The notes: a model not told the origin generated them from the letters alone. Positions 8,450 through 18,512 are shown, counted from the stretch's first letter. The stretch is DNA of 64,000 nt from Candidatus Latescibacterota bacterium (GCA_965226795.1 CBDDDZ010000003.1:320001-384000); one strand, 5' to 3'. Numbers and translations are program-made.

Positions 8450-10132
8450 TCAAGCCGTCCGTTCGATGGTGACCGTGGCGTGGAGTTGTGAGGCGTCGTG
8501 AGCCACGGGTACGGTCATGTTCGCGGTAAGCCCGTACCCCGCGTGTAGATAGCGCGCCATGTCCAGGTCCCAGGGACCGCTGTTGCCGGCTATCGATACG
8601 CGGTAGGCCGCGCCTTTCCAGCCCAGGGCCAGGGTGCCGTTGTCGATTTTGTAGGTCAGCTCCTCTCTGCCGTCCCACAGGAGAATGGGAATTGAGAAAA
8701 TGGCCTGGTCGTCGTCTCTAAGACCCGTGGCCCGGTACGTCAGCCGAATGAGTTCGTTCTTCAGATCGAGTTTAAGATTCAGCCCAAGTGGACCGGTGAG
8801 CCTGTATTCATCGGCGGCAAGGGCCTCCGCACTGCCGTCCATAATTCGGTAGGCGCCGCCAGCCTCTTTGACGAGAATGCCGAAGTAGGGTTCCAGCAGC
8901 GGATCGGCCTTTTTTGGTTCGACGATCTGGCCATGGAAGGCATGTTTGACGCCGTCCCGTTTGGCGTCCGCAATCGGTTCGATCATCGGGGTATTGCCGA
9001 GTTTGATCGCAAGCGGCTGGAGCGGCAGGTGATATCCCCAGTCGTGATTACAAAGCGCGAACGCCAGTCGTGACTTTTCTCCATGCAGGATCGCGTACCC
9101 GGCTTCCGGATCGACAACATCCTCAACAGGTGCGGCGGCAACCGTGTCGAAACCCGGCCACCCCTGTTCGATCAGGAGCGCGAGCAGCGCCCAGGCCACC
9201 AGGCCCGCGCCCAGGTCGGTGTTCAGACGATTATAGGTCCACTCCAGGCCAGCGAGGGCGTAGGGCGACAGGTGGTTGGGCGCATGGGAGAACACGTTCT
9301 TTTCCGGATTGAACGATTGGCAGAAGACCAGCAGCGCACGGATTCTGTCGCTGGCCGCTTCACCTTCTCCTATGTAGGAGAGAAGCCCGACCATGGGATA
9401 CACGTACATCTGGTAGATACTCCGACTGGCCAGGAATGGGAGATGGAATTGACCGTTGGCCCGTTTAAACCACTTGCATATGACCTCGAGCAGCCGTTCG
9501 ACCTGGCGCTGGTCGTCCTCGGACGCTGCGTAGACATCCGATTTGCTCTGGAGAAGGGCCGCGGCGAGGAAGGTACCTGTAAGGTAGACGTGGGCAACGG
9601 AGTGCCCGTTCACGTCGTCGTCACGGAGGAATCCACCTGCTGTTACGCGCCTGTTGAACGCGGCGATAAATTCTCCGGACCGCTTCCGGGCGTTTTCCTC
9701 CCGCCCGCTGTCCAGGAAGAGGTCGCACAGCAGAGAGGCGGCGGAGACATGGCAGTCGGAAAGTCCGGCGTCTTCTGTATAGGAAGCGGTAAAGGAGGCT
9801 TCCCATCGCTCCAGGATATCCCTATCCAGGACGTCGGAAAGAATGGGAAAAACCATCACGCCGTATCCCATCACGTATTCTCGAAAACCGGGCGCGTTTC
9901 TGGCCCCTTCCATTATCTCGGCGGTGCGTTTCATCCATCGGTCGGTCCACTCAAGATATACGTCTTCACCGGTGAGGCGATAGAGCGATGCGCCTATGAC
10001 GGCCCAGCAAGCCGGCGCGAAGTTCTCCGGCCGATTGCTTTCATAGGCGTCATTCAAGACGCCGTTCTCGTCTGTCCACCGGACGCCGAGCTCGAACCCT
10101 TTCGAAAGGCAGGCGGTGATGTCACTCAACAT
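8450..10132 (-). CDS. Hypothetical protein (560 aa)
   Basis: Long ORF with GGAGG RBS; helical N-terminal half and beta-rich C-terminal half; no family recognised. Confidence 0.75.
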   Translation of the reverse strand: MLSDITACLSKGFELGVRWTDENGVLNDAYESNRPENFAPACWAVIGASLYRLTGEDVYLEWTDRWMKRTAEIMEGARNAPGFREYVMGYGVMVFPILSDVLDRDILERWEASFTASYTEDAGLSDCHVSAASLLCDLFLDSGREENARKRSGEFIAAFNRRVTAGGFLRDDDVNGHSVAHVYLTGTFLAAALLQSKSDVYAASEDDQRQVERLLEVICKWFKRANGQFHLPFLASRSIYQMYVYPMVGLLSYIGEGEAASDRIRALLVFCQSFNPEKNVFSHAPNHLSPYALAGLEWTYNRLNTDLGAGLVAWALLALLIEQGWPGFDTVAAAPVEDVVDPEAGYAILHGEKSRLAFALCNHDWGYHLPLQPLAIKLGNTPMIEPIADAKRDGVKHAFHGQIVEPKKADPLLEPYFGILVKEAGGAYRIMDGSAEALAADEYRLTGPLGLNLKLDLKNELIRLTYRATGLRDDDQAIFSIPILLWDGREELTYKIDNGTLALGWKGAAYRVSIAGNSGPWDLDMARYLHAGYGLTANMTVPVAHDASQLHATVTIERTA

Positions 10133-10295
10133 TGATGGTTTCCTCCAGTTGACGCAGCGCGGACGGTTGGACGAGGCTTTGGCCTATCCGTCACGCGACC
10201 TGTCGCCTGTTCTGATTCCCCGCTCCCGATCGGTCCCGGTTTGCCGGCTGCACGAAAGACGCCGGCGCAGATCCCCGCGTATCCACGATCGCGTC

Positions 10296-11240
10296 TCACC
10301 CGGCCAGACCACGGTAACCCCGGTCAAGGTCGGGCAGATCTGTAGATTTGCCCAGCGCCTCGGCCATGGCGCGGACGTGGTACGGCAGGGCGCCGCAGCA
10401 GGAGCCTATCAGGCCGATGCCCATGCGCCTGGCTTCGGCGGTATACTCTGCCATGGAAAAGCGCGTGACAACGCGGGGTTCAACCTGCGTCCAGAGGTTG
10501 GCGACACTCAGGGGACGGTTGAAATTCTCGCCCGGTTCGAGTTCGTACCCCGTGGGCTGGGCGCACAGGGGTACGGAGACGGCTTCCCTGACTTCGTACA
10601 TCAGCGGGCGCATGGTGGACCAGGGGCGCATACAATTGATGCCGACGACGTCGGCGCCAGCGTCGACGAGGCGTTTGGCAGCTTCGCCGGGACGGTAGCC
10701 TTCCCGGGTAAATTCCCCGTCTCGATACGTCATCGTAACGACGGCGGGTATCCCCGCCTGTTTGACAAAGGGAATGGCAAGGCTGACTTCATCCACGGAA
10801 TAGAAGGTTTCGATAATAAAGAGGTCAACACCGGCCGAGGTCTGCTGGCCGACGCGGTGTTCGAAGAATTCCCGGGCATTGGTTTTATCTTCTTCGGTCA
10901 TGGGATCCCATTTGGAACGGCCCGAATAAATGAACGGGCTGAGGGTGCCGGCCACAAAACGGCCCGGTCCGGCGGCTTCACGCGCGAGTTCCACGGCCTT
11001 CGTGTGGAGTTCCTCTTCGCGTTCCATCGGTCGCACGCCCCAGACCATCGCCTGAAGGACTTCGGCGCCCGCCCGGGCGAATTCCTTGTGGAGTTCGAGT
11101 ACGCCTTCAGGATAGTCGAGTACGCCCATGGGGATTTTGGACGCATAGCTTCCAAGGCAACGGCGTTCGAATTCGAGATAATATCCGCCATCGCAGAGCA
11201 GATGGCCTTCGGCGACCCGGTCGAGAAAGTTGGACGGCAT
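10296..11240 (-). CDS. Homocysteine S-methyltransferase family (BHMT-like)
   Basis: CDGGY.LEFERR, LHKEFARAGA, Zn-binding GINC and GSCCG; AGGAGG RBS. Confidence 0.9.
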   Translation of the reverse strand: MPSNFLDRVAEGHLLCDGGYYLEFERRCLGSYASKIPMGVLDYPEGVLELHKEFARAGAEVLQAMVWGVRPMEREEELHTKAVELAREAAGPGRFVAGTLSPFIYSGRSKWDPMTEEDKTNAREFFEHRVGQQTSAGVDLFIIETFYSVDEVSLAIPFVKQAGIPAVVTMTYRDGEFTREGYRPGEAAKRLVDAGADVVGINCMRPWSTMRPLMYEVREAVSVPLCAQPTGYELEPGENFNRPLSVANLWTQVEPRVVTRFSMAEYTAEARRMGIGLIGSCCGALPYHVRAMAEALGKSTDLPDLDRGYRGLAG

Positions 11241-11302
11241 GCGTGCCTCCTGTATTGATGAATGTCTGCGATTCTGACCAGCGCAATATAACGCGCCGAA
11301 AT

Positions 11303-13651
11303 CTATAGCTCCACCCTTTTGAACGTGTCTCCGGAACGCACGGCGTAGGCGTTGCCCCTACTTTCAAGACGAAGTTCGGTCTCGTCATAGACCAGGGAGG
11401 TCCCGGCGGCGAGGCAGAGAGATTGGGGGATCCCGTTTTTCAGCGTGACGACGGCCGCGCGCCCCTTCAGGACAAGGCCGTCGAAACGCACCTCGTTTTG
11501 TGAGAGGGTATGCAATAGCAGAAATCGTTCGCCCTCTGTGGAAATCCGGAGCGCCAGTGTGTCGTCGGACAGCGTGTGGCATTGAACATCTATTGTGGGC
11601 GGGCGGTGTTTAAAAGGCACGTGTACGGCCGCGAATATTGCGTCCGGACCGGGTCGGGTAACCTGGAGGTGGCCGCGGTACGGGAGGACGGCACCCGGTT
11701 TCAGGGTGCCTCCCTCGGCATGAAGATCCTCGATTACGTCCTCTTCGGGAGGACACTCGGAGATCGTAACCGTCGTGTCGCAGATATCCGGGATGATCGT
11801 CTGCAAACCGCCGCGATCCATGGTCCAGGTGGCGGCGACGTCTTCCATCGCGCGTCCCGACCGGCCGGACCGCAGGGGTTCGGGGACGTCTGTGGGTACA
11901 AGAGCGTCGAGGCCGGCGACCTCCAGGTCCCCGGATCGGGCGTGCAACATCCATGTGTAGGACCTCAGATCTCCGGAAACGCGGAAAATGTCGGCGATTA
12001 GCGGTTCACCGGAATGGCGTGGCAGCAGCACAATAAGGCGTGCATTGGCCGGCGGCAGGCCCGCTTCCGCGAGCCTGGGACCTGGCGTGACGCACCACAG
12101 GAGAGGGTTGCCCCCTTCTCCCTGTTCCGCGCATTCCAGGACGGTGTTGTGCGACAGGGGTCCGCGTTCCCAGAGACGCGCCCATTCCGGATTCCAGTTG
12201 TATCCCATTTCCGTGACGAGTTCCCGGCCGCAGGACCACAGAACGAAATTGAGGTAGTCTTTCTGTTTGTGCGCGGCTGGAATATAGGGACCGTAGTCGA
12301 TGAAGGCCATGGTCCGCGACGGCTTGTCTTCGCCGTGGCGAAGAATCATCAGGCCGATATCGGGAAGGTGGACGCTTGCCTCGGCGTAGGGTTCGCCGTC
12401 GCCTTCGGCCGCGGCGTCCGGATCTCTGTAGAAGAGGGAATATTCCGTGCCGCCGTTCAGGTCCGGACCCCAGATTGCCTTGAGGTGGCGCAGCGCTTTC
12501 CGGTTGTTGCAGGCGATATAGGCGACTTCGGAACAGAAGGGTCTCAGCGGACTTCCGACGTGCGAGTCGTTGATCGCCGGGTTGGTGTCGTTCGGAAAGG
12601 CGGCATCCAGAAACCAGGTGTAACATCTCTCCAGAAGGGCGCATCGGGGATTGGTGTACACGTCGGTGTCCAGATTGCCGCGGATGATTTCCGGTATGCC
12701 CGTGATATTCTGAAGCAGACCCAGGGTGTAGTCGGCCGTACATTCGTAGAATGCGCCATCCTGGAAGAAAACTCCGGCCTCCGGCTTGAGCATGTCTTCG
12801 TATAACGTGACAACGGATCGCAGTATTTCCCTGTCGCCCGTCAGCGCGGCCGATGCCGCGATGCACCACCAGGCGCCGCCGTGATCCTGAATCGAGTAAT
12901 GGGAAAGATAGGGCGAGAGGTCATCGGAATACGAGTAGCCTTTCAGTGTCGAGGTTCCCGGGTTGTTGAAGGATTCGACGAAATAGTCCCGCACATATTC
13001 CACGAAGGCATCAATGGACCGGCGTTGTTCATCTGCGAGCACATCCGAGTCACGGATCAGGTCATAGGCCATCAGCACTTTTCGGACGCACCCGGCATCC
13101 CGCTGTTTCCATCCGTCTATCTTCCCGTAAAGGGGATCGTTCTGATCGTGCCAGACGTTCTTGTTCACCTGGTTGAGGCGATAGTTCTCGAAGACTTCCG
13201 CGAAGCGTTCGACAAGGATGGCGGCTATCTCGGCGTATCGCACGTCGCCGTCGATTCCGTAGACGATGCCGGCGCTTTCCAGGCCGCCAAGGATGTATTG
13301 CAGGCGGTACGTGCGAATGACCGCCTGTATATTCCATGTTTCGGAGGTGTCTTCCGGATCCCAGTCCCACGTCGTTTTGCAGTCTGTGCATTGAAGGGTG
13401 GCGCCGTGGTTGATCAGGCTGTAGGCGTACCAGGGGCCGCAGCCGCAGTTGGGGCAGACAACGGTAACGAGTGGGGTCTGGTCGCTGATGTAGGAACGCA
13501 TGCGGTCCCGGTCCATCGCCAGGTAATATTCAGGATGGGACCTGATTTGCCCATAGAGTTTCTTCGCCCAGGCGTGGCGCTTGATATTCTCCCTGGCGCG
13601 GGCAAGGTCACCGGGCTTGTACATCGTGCATGGATACCGAATGGCTGGCAT
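11303..13651 (-). CDS. Heparinase II/III-like polysaccharide lyase
   Basis: DGAFYEC..Y, PAIND, DYGP...HKQKD.LNF, GY....HNTV motifs; start 13651 after GGAAGG. Confidence 0.75.
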   Translation of the reverse strand: MPAIRYPCTMYKPGDLARARENIKRHAWAKKLYGQIRSHPEYYLAMDRDRMRSYISDQTPLVTVVCPNCGCGPWYAYSLINHGATLQCTDCKTTWDWDPEDTSETWNIQAVIRTYRLQYILGGLESAGIVYGIDGDVRYAEIAAILVERFAEVFENYRLNQVNKNVWHDQNDPLYGKIDGWKQRDAGCVRKVLMAYDLIRDSDVLADEQRRSIDAFVEYVRDYFVESFNNPGTSTLKGYSYSDDLSPYLSHYSIQDHGGAWWCIAASAALTGDREILRSVVTLYEDMLKPEAGVFFQDGAFYECTADYTLGLLQNITGIPEIIRGNLDTDVYTNPRCALLERCYTWFLDAAFPNDTNPAINDSHVGSPLRPFCSEVAYIACNNRKALRHLKAIWGPDLNGGTEYSLFYRDPDAAAEGDGEPYAEASVHLPDIGLMILRHGEDKPSRTMAFIDYGPYIPAAHKQKDYLNFVLWSCGRELVTEMGYNWNPEWARLWERGPLSHNTVLECAEQGEGGNPLLWCVTPGPRLAEAGLPPANARLIVLLPRHSGEPLIADIFRVSGDLRSYTWMLHARSGDLEVAGLDALVPTDVPEPLRSGRSGRAMEDVAATWTMDRGGLQTIIPDICDTTVTISECPPEEDVIEDLHAEGGTLKPGAVLPYRGHLQVTRPGPDAIFAAVHVPFKHRPPTIDVQCHTLSDDTLALRISTEGERFLLLHTLSQNEVRFDGLVLKGRAAVVTLKNGIPQSLCLAAGTSLVYDETELRLESRGNAYAVRSGDTFKRVEL

Positions 13652-13701
13652 ATCAACCTTCCGTGGCGAATATGTGTTCGTTTCAGGCAGCGGGCCACCG
13701 A

Positions 13702-14940
13702 TTAATCCAGGGAACGGAGCCTGAAGTTGCCCCACCAGGTTCGGAGGGGGTCCGGCGGATTATCGAGCGTTCGGCCTTCGGCCTTCTGGATCGAAGTGAG
13801 GCGTGCAGTCCCGAGCAACCCGGGATGCAAAGAGATGGTGTCGATGCCCCGCGTCATCCGATTCTTCTTGCCCCAAAGGCCGTGGATTTCGATTTCCGTC
13901 TCACCCTGGTATTTCTGAGGGATGTCGTCGATCCGGATTTGTTGCTTGTTGGTTTGCGCGTCCCACGCGATTTTGAACCGGTACGCCCGGTCGTTTTCTG
14001 GAACAACGGAATTGTCAAACGTGTTGAAGCCTGGCGTCGGATGACCGGTGGCAATGGTCATGAGGTTTGTCAGGATGCCCGTCTGGATCTTGCGAAAACA
14101 CTTGATGGAGCCGTCGTACTCGCCCAGCAGAATACAGGCTTCCGCCGATACATCCGGGGATCTGACGTCGAATTCCAGCGTCCCCCGGGAAATGACGGGA
14201 AACGTCGCCGTCACAAAACCGTACCGGGTGGCGAGTTCAAGCCATCGATTCTCAACCGGCCTGAGTCTGCTTTCGCAGACATTGTCGTCCGGTTCGCCGT
14301 CCCGGGGCGGTGGGACGGGTTTCCAGTAGAGCGGGTAGTCTTCGTGGTCGATCTGTTCGCCTCCGACGAACTGTTTTACATGCTTCACACGGATATACCG
14401 GCCGATATCGATGCCGCCCGTCTGGAGTTCCAGCCTTGCGATATCCCTGACGGGGTTCTGGAAAGGTACGGTGACGGATCGTTCGCCGTCCAGAAGAAAG
14501 ATGGCCGTCTGGTTTGAAAAATCGAATCCTTTGAATGTATAGACGTGTTCGTCGGATTCCACGACGTACCACTTGCGCAGGGCAGGATCGTTGAAGGGAC
14601 AGTTGCCCTGGAACGTGAGGACCGCGCCGGAATCCACCAGTTCGTTCTTCCCCTCGAATAGCAGGCGGCCGTCCCTCCGGATGTGACATACGATGGCCGG
14701 GCGGTCCGCGCTGTCGTAAAGGCGCAGGGTGTAAAGGGTTTGGTATTCCGGCTCGTCGAGTACGACTCTCATGGCCAGTTCGAGGGAGCCGGAGCGATCG
14801 GTGATCTTCTCTTTCAGATGACGGGAACAACTTACCGGCGCCCTGGTTCCATCCATTTTCAGGTATCCGTCTTCGCCGAAAACATAATCCTGGTTCCCGT
14901 GGCTATCGTGCCAGTTGAACGTCTGATGGATTTCTACCAT
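13702..14940 (-). CDS. Hypothetical beta-rich protein
   Basis: Long ORF co-oriented with the cluster; GGGAG RBS before ATG 14940 (alternative start 14994). Confidence 0.7.
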   Translation of the reverse strand: MVEIHQTFNWHDSHGNQDYVFGEDGYLKMDGTRAPVSCSRHLKEKITDRSGSLELAMRVVLDEPEYQTLYTLRLYDSADRPAIVCHIRRDGRLLFEGKNELVDSGAVLTFQGNCPFNDPALRKWYVVESDEHVYTFKGFDFSNQTAIFLLDGERSVTVPFQNPVRDIARLELQTGGIDIGRYIRVKHVKQFVGGEQIDHEDYPLYWKPVPPPRDGEPDDNVCESRLRPVENRWLELATRYGFVTATFPVISRGTLEFDVRSPDVSAEACILLGEYDGSIKCFRKIQTGILTNLMTIATGHPTPGFNTFDNSVVPENDRAYRFKIAWDAQTNKQQIRIDDIPQKYQGETEIEIHGLWGKKNRMTRGIDTISLHPGLLGTARLTSIQKAEGRTLDNPPDPLRTWWGNFRLRSLD

Positions 14941-15020
14941 AACGGTATCTCCCGAACTCCGAGTAGTATCACTGAAAAAGACAACCGATGCCATCTTTTC
15001 ATGGGTTTCATCGGGGTTTA

Positions 15021-15060
15021 ATCACAGTCCATCATCGTCCATCACAGCCCATCACAGTCG
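15021..15060. repeat. Four tandem 10-bp repeats (ATCACAGTCC consensus)
   Basis: atcacagtcc atcatcgtcc atcacagccc atcacagtcg. Confidence 0.8.
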
Positions 15061-15064
15061 ATGT

Positions 15065-17032
15065 TCAATATCCGTGAATGGAATGGCCGGCGCCGGGGAA
15101 CCAGATGATGTCAACGACGAGGGAAAGCCCCACACCGGTCGTATAGCCCGTCAGTACGCCCAGAAAAAACGGGATATAACGCCGGTAAAGGGCCGCGCCG
15201 CCGACGCGCAGGATGATGACTTTGATGCACCACGCGATGAACACCGAGAATGTGGAAAAGTGGACGTACGAGATGCCGGCAATGGCAAAGCCTACGGGAT
15301 GAAGGGGCCACCAGGGAAAGCGGTATTTCAGGAACGTAAGGACGGACATCAGGGCTGCACCGATGCCCAGCAGGATCGGGCGGATGCTGGTCTCAACGGC
15401 GGGATCCTTCATTTTTGAAAGCGCATTCGCGAAGCCGCCCCGGCTGTAACGTGTGAACGGGAAATCGTTGAAATTATACGCGCCGTGGGTGTATCCCAGA
15501 TAGAGGGTGTACGCGATGGACGCGCCCACACCGGCCGCAAACGCCAGGAAGATCGCGGTCAACACGCGGGGACGGTGTTCGCGCGGACACAGATCCGCGA
15601 TCTTGGCGGCATGTACCACGGAGGGCATGAACAGGCCCTTGCCAAACGAGGTGAGGGCGTTCGAGAAAGCCAGTACGGTGAGGCTCGGTCCGGAGAGATT
15701 TCGGGGGCCGATCAGCCGGGTGACGATTTCCTGCTGGCCTACCGGCGTGCAGACAAAGACCAGGCCGACCTCGGCCACAATGCGGGATACGCCAAGAAAG
15801 ATGACCAGGGTTGCCATGACGGAAAGACACGCAACCCCGAACCCCATGCCGGCGCGCCAGAACCAGAAGACGGCAAAGAGGGAGCTCAGGATGAAACCGA
15901 GCACGGCGGTACGGTATCGCATCATTTCGTCGGCATCGTCCAGGGGTGCACTGCGGCCAAGGGCGATTCTCATGACCGATCTCAGGTGGTGTCGCGCAAT
16001 CCACAGTCCCCAGATAACAAGCGTGACAAATCCGCCGAGTTGCAACCAGGCAAACTCGCCCGACGTCGTATAGATGCTGCTGGCGTTGTACCCGTATCGA
16101 TTGAGGATCCCACTGCGCAGGATGAAGAGGACGCAGAAGAACCAGAGGCTGAAAAGAACGTCGATATTGGCGAAATAGGCAAAGGAGATGGTGAACATGT
16201 TGATCCGGGTCCAGATACCCGGAAAGTAGCGTTCAAAATGCACCCATGGTCCCCAGCGGATATTGGGAATCTGCGGAAATCCGGGCACAAAGTAGTGGAT
16301 CATGTTCCAGCTGATAATCCCCAGGGCCATCGCGAAACCGATCCAGAATCGCCTGGAAAAACCCGGCCTCTCCCGATCGGTGAGATCCAGGACGGGGCGC
16401 AGGATCGGATAGCTGAGCCGTTCGCTTTCCACCCATTGTTTCCGGAGGATGACGGACAGGCTTGTGGAGGCCACGAAGAGGGCCGTGATCAAAGCCATCC
16501 ACGCTGCCAGGGGGATGTACCAGACGGCCCACGGAATATCCATTCCGCGTGGGCCGCCTTCAAACAGGTGATCCAGCGCGTGGTTGACATTGCGAGGCGC
16601 CAGCCAGTGGGGAATGTAGGGGTGGAAGTACTCGCCCCACTGGTTTTCCGGTGTAGCGAAATAGTACGGCGCGGCAATGGCGCCCAGGAAATAGCCCGTC
16701 AGACCGACCGAAGGAATGGCGCCGCCAACCAGGCCGCCAGCCATGATGACCTTGAGTTCGGTTGGCGAGAGGGCGTATCCCGCGGCCAGTTTTCGGCACA
16801 GTGGATTGAGGAGCAGAGCAAGGGTGAGGTAGACCGTCAGCGACCCCATGGGAAAGTGGCTGAGGGTCATACGGGAGGCATGGATGACGTATTCGATGTA
16901 GTTGACCCAGACGCAGGCGGCGACTGAGACAAGAACGGCCAGAAAGATTGATCGGAGTGTGACGCCACCGTCCGCCGGGATTCGCGCGGGCGCAGCATTC
17001 GATGCGACGAGAGGATTGGACGTTGCAGGCAT
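15065..17032 (-). CDS. Polytopic membrane protein, DUF6785/DUF6784-like putative transporter
   Basis: Many hydrophobic segments; ILRKQWVESERLSYPI, RIVAEVG, RFPWWPLHPVGF, LYRRYIPFFLG motifs. Confidence 0.8.
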   Translation of the reverse strand: MPATSNPLVASNAAPARIPADGGVTLRSIFLAVLVSVAACVWVNYIEYVIHASRMTLSHFPMGSLTVYLTLALLLNPLCRKLAAGYALSPTELKVIMAGGLVGGAIPSVGLTGYFLGAIAAPYYFATPENQWGEYFHPYIPHWLAPRNVNHALDHLFEGGPRGMDIPWAVWYIPLAAWMALITALFVASTSLSVILRKQWVESERLSYPILRPVLDLTDRERPGFSRRFWIGFAMALGIISWNMIHYFVPGFPQIPNIRWGPWVHFERYFPGIWTRINMFTISFAYFANIDVLFSLWFFCVLFILRSGILNRYGYNASSIYTTSGEFAWLQLGGFVTLVIWGLWIARHHLRSVMRIALGRSAPLDDADEMMRYRTAVLGFILSSLFAVFWFWRAGMGFGVACLSVMATLVIFLGVSRIVAEVGLVFVCTPVGQQEIVTRLIGPRNLSGPSLTVLAFSNALTSFGKGLFMPSVVHAAKIADLCPREHRPRVLTAIFLAFAAGVGASIAYTLYLGYTHGAYNFNDFPFTRYSRGGFANALSKMKDPAVETSIRPILLGIGAALMSVLTFLKYRFPWWPLHPVGFAIAGISYVHFSTFSVFIAWCIKVIILRVGGAALYRRYIPFFLGVLTGYTTGVGLSLVVDIIWFPGAGHSIHGY

Positions 17033-17050
17033 TGAAATGAACAGGAGATT

Positions 17051-18130
17051 TTATGCGGCGGGTGATTTGTAGAAGCGCGCGGGATCTTCCAGGTCCCAGT
17101 CGCATTCGGACTTCAGGCGGGCGATGAGTTCAAGCCGTCCGTCCTCATCCAGATAGGGATTGTTCATTGCGGCACCCATAAGGGCTATGGAGGCGGGTCG
17201 TGTGCTCCCCTGCCGGGTGTGGGGAACATCGGTTTCATGCCCCTGCCATTCTCTTCCACCGAAGATGCGGTAGTCGAAAAGGTATCCGGCTTTGCCCCGG
17301 TCCGCGGCCAGTCCGCTCCATAGAAAGGTGCGGGCGACGCGCTCCTGTACGGAAATGCCCGCGGGCGTGCCATCCGGAAACAGGAGGACACGGCCGAGTT
17401 TGGCAAAGTGTTCGAATCTGGAATCCGCGTCCAGCCAGTCGACGAGGCTTGCTTCGTCGTCCGCGCCCCAGGCAAAGATGTGGCGGATGGATTCGGGCAG
17501 ACACCGGAGGTCCCGAGACATCTGCTGTTTTCCGGATTTATCGGGCGCCATACTCAGGTGGAGAAGGATTTCGGCGTCCGGCTTGAGGGCGTGGATGCGT
17601 TCCGTGAGAAAGCCGATCACGAGCGCGTCCCATTGAAAGGGGCGGAGGTCACGACAGCTTTCGCAAATACAGTTGCGACCGATTTCCCTGGCGGGTTCGA
17701 TGTCGATGCCGTCCACGCCTGGCGCAAGACGTTCGGCCAGAATGTCTCCCATCCAGGCGCGAGATTCGGCGTCGTGGGGACAAAGAGCGGAATTCGGACC
17801 CCTGGCGCCTCGCCTGAGCAGGTGCGGCGGCGCGTCCGGCTCGGCCATGGTGTACTCGGAACCGCCTCCGCTGAATCCGTAAATGGCACGTATGAGCCTG
17901 AGACCTGCGGCGTGGGCATATTCGACCGCTTCATACCAGGCGTCGTTAAAGCCCCCTGCGTTGGCCCAGAACACCACGAGGCGATTGAGGCCGGACTCGG
18001 CAAGGTGGTCTATGTGCGCATGGTTGACGGAAATGTCACCGGGATGATTCGAATACCCCTTGCGGAGAAAGAGGTTCCATCCACATTCAAGGGTGCCGCG
18101 CAGATCGAACCCGCGCTCTGTTAGATACAT
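17051..18130 (-). CDS. Hypothetical protein, possible glycoside-hydrolase-like TIM barrel
   Basis: 359-aa ORF; LCP, VDGIDIE and CICESC motifs recall GH-like barrels with a Cys cluster. Confidence 0.65.
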   Translation of the reverse strand: MYLTERGFDLRGTLECGWNLFLRKGYSNHPGDISVNHAHIDHLAESGLNRLVVFWANAGGFNDAWYEAVEYAHAAGLRLIRAIYGFSGGGSEYTMAEPDAPPHLLRRGARGPNSALCPHDAESRAWMGDILAERLAPGVDGIDIEPAREIGRNCICESCRDLRPFQWDALVIGFLTERIHALKPDAEILLHLSMAPDKSGKQQMSRDLRCLPESIRHIFAWGADDEASLVDWLDADSRFEHFAKLGRVLLFPDGTPAGISVQERVARTFLWSGLAADRGKAGYLFDYRIFGGREWQGHETDVPHTRQGSTRPASIALMGAAMNNPYLDEDGRLELIARLKSECDWDLEDPARFYKSPAA

Positions 18131-18160
18131 GATGAATCTCGCAAAGTAAGAGTCTCGCTC

Positions 18161-18188
18161 ATGATAAGCGGGATTCGGCGGTTGTCAA
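18161..18188 (-). promoter_or_regulatory. Sigma70-type promoter for the minus-strand cluster
   Basis: TTGACA, 16 bp, TATCAT on the minus strand, ~30 bp upstream of ATG 18130. Confidence 0.55.
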
Positions 18189-18275
18189 CGTATGAATAGA
18201 ACGGGATGGATGTACTTGCCAAATGTTGTAATCTGGACTTAATTAGGATCCTGGCTCCTGAGAAGCGGAGGCCTT

Positions 18276-18440
18276 AACAGTCCGTTGATAAAGTCGCTCT
18301 GCAGGCGAGGCCGAGTCATTGTGGCCGAAGACAAGGCGCGCGACCGAGTCGAATCGGGGGATTCGGGGAGCGAGCGCAACGCGGTAAGTCGGCCACAAGG
18401 GCCGGACGCAGCCCGGATGGAGTTTTTTCAACGGGCTGTT
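18276..18440. mobile_element. MITE-like element, family B (non-autonomous)
   Basis: Imperfect terminal inverted repeats AACAGTCCGTTGATAAA and (reverse complement) AACAGCCCGTTGAAAAA bound 165 bp of non-coding DNA. Confidence 0.6.
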
Positions 18441-18512
18441 TAGCCTGCCAATAGGATTCCGCCTCCTGGATCCGTTTCAATATGTCTTTCTTTACGCAAG
18501 AAAGAGTAGTCC

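Noticed and set aside
10140..10295. Fifth copy of repeat family A
   Set aside because: Only a short GACGCAGCGCGGACGG resemblance; no TIR or extended alignment.
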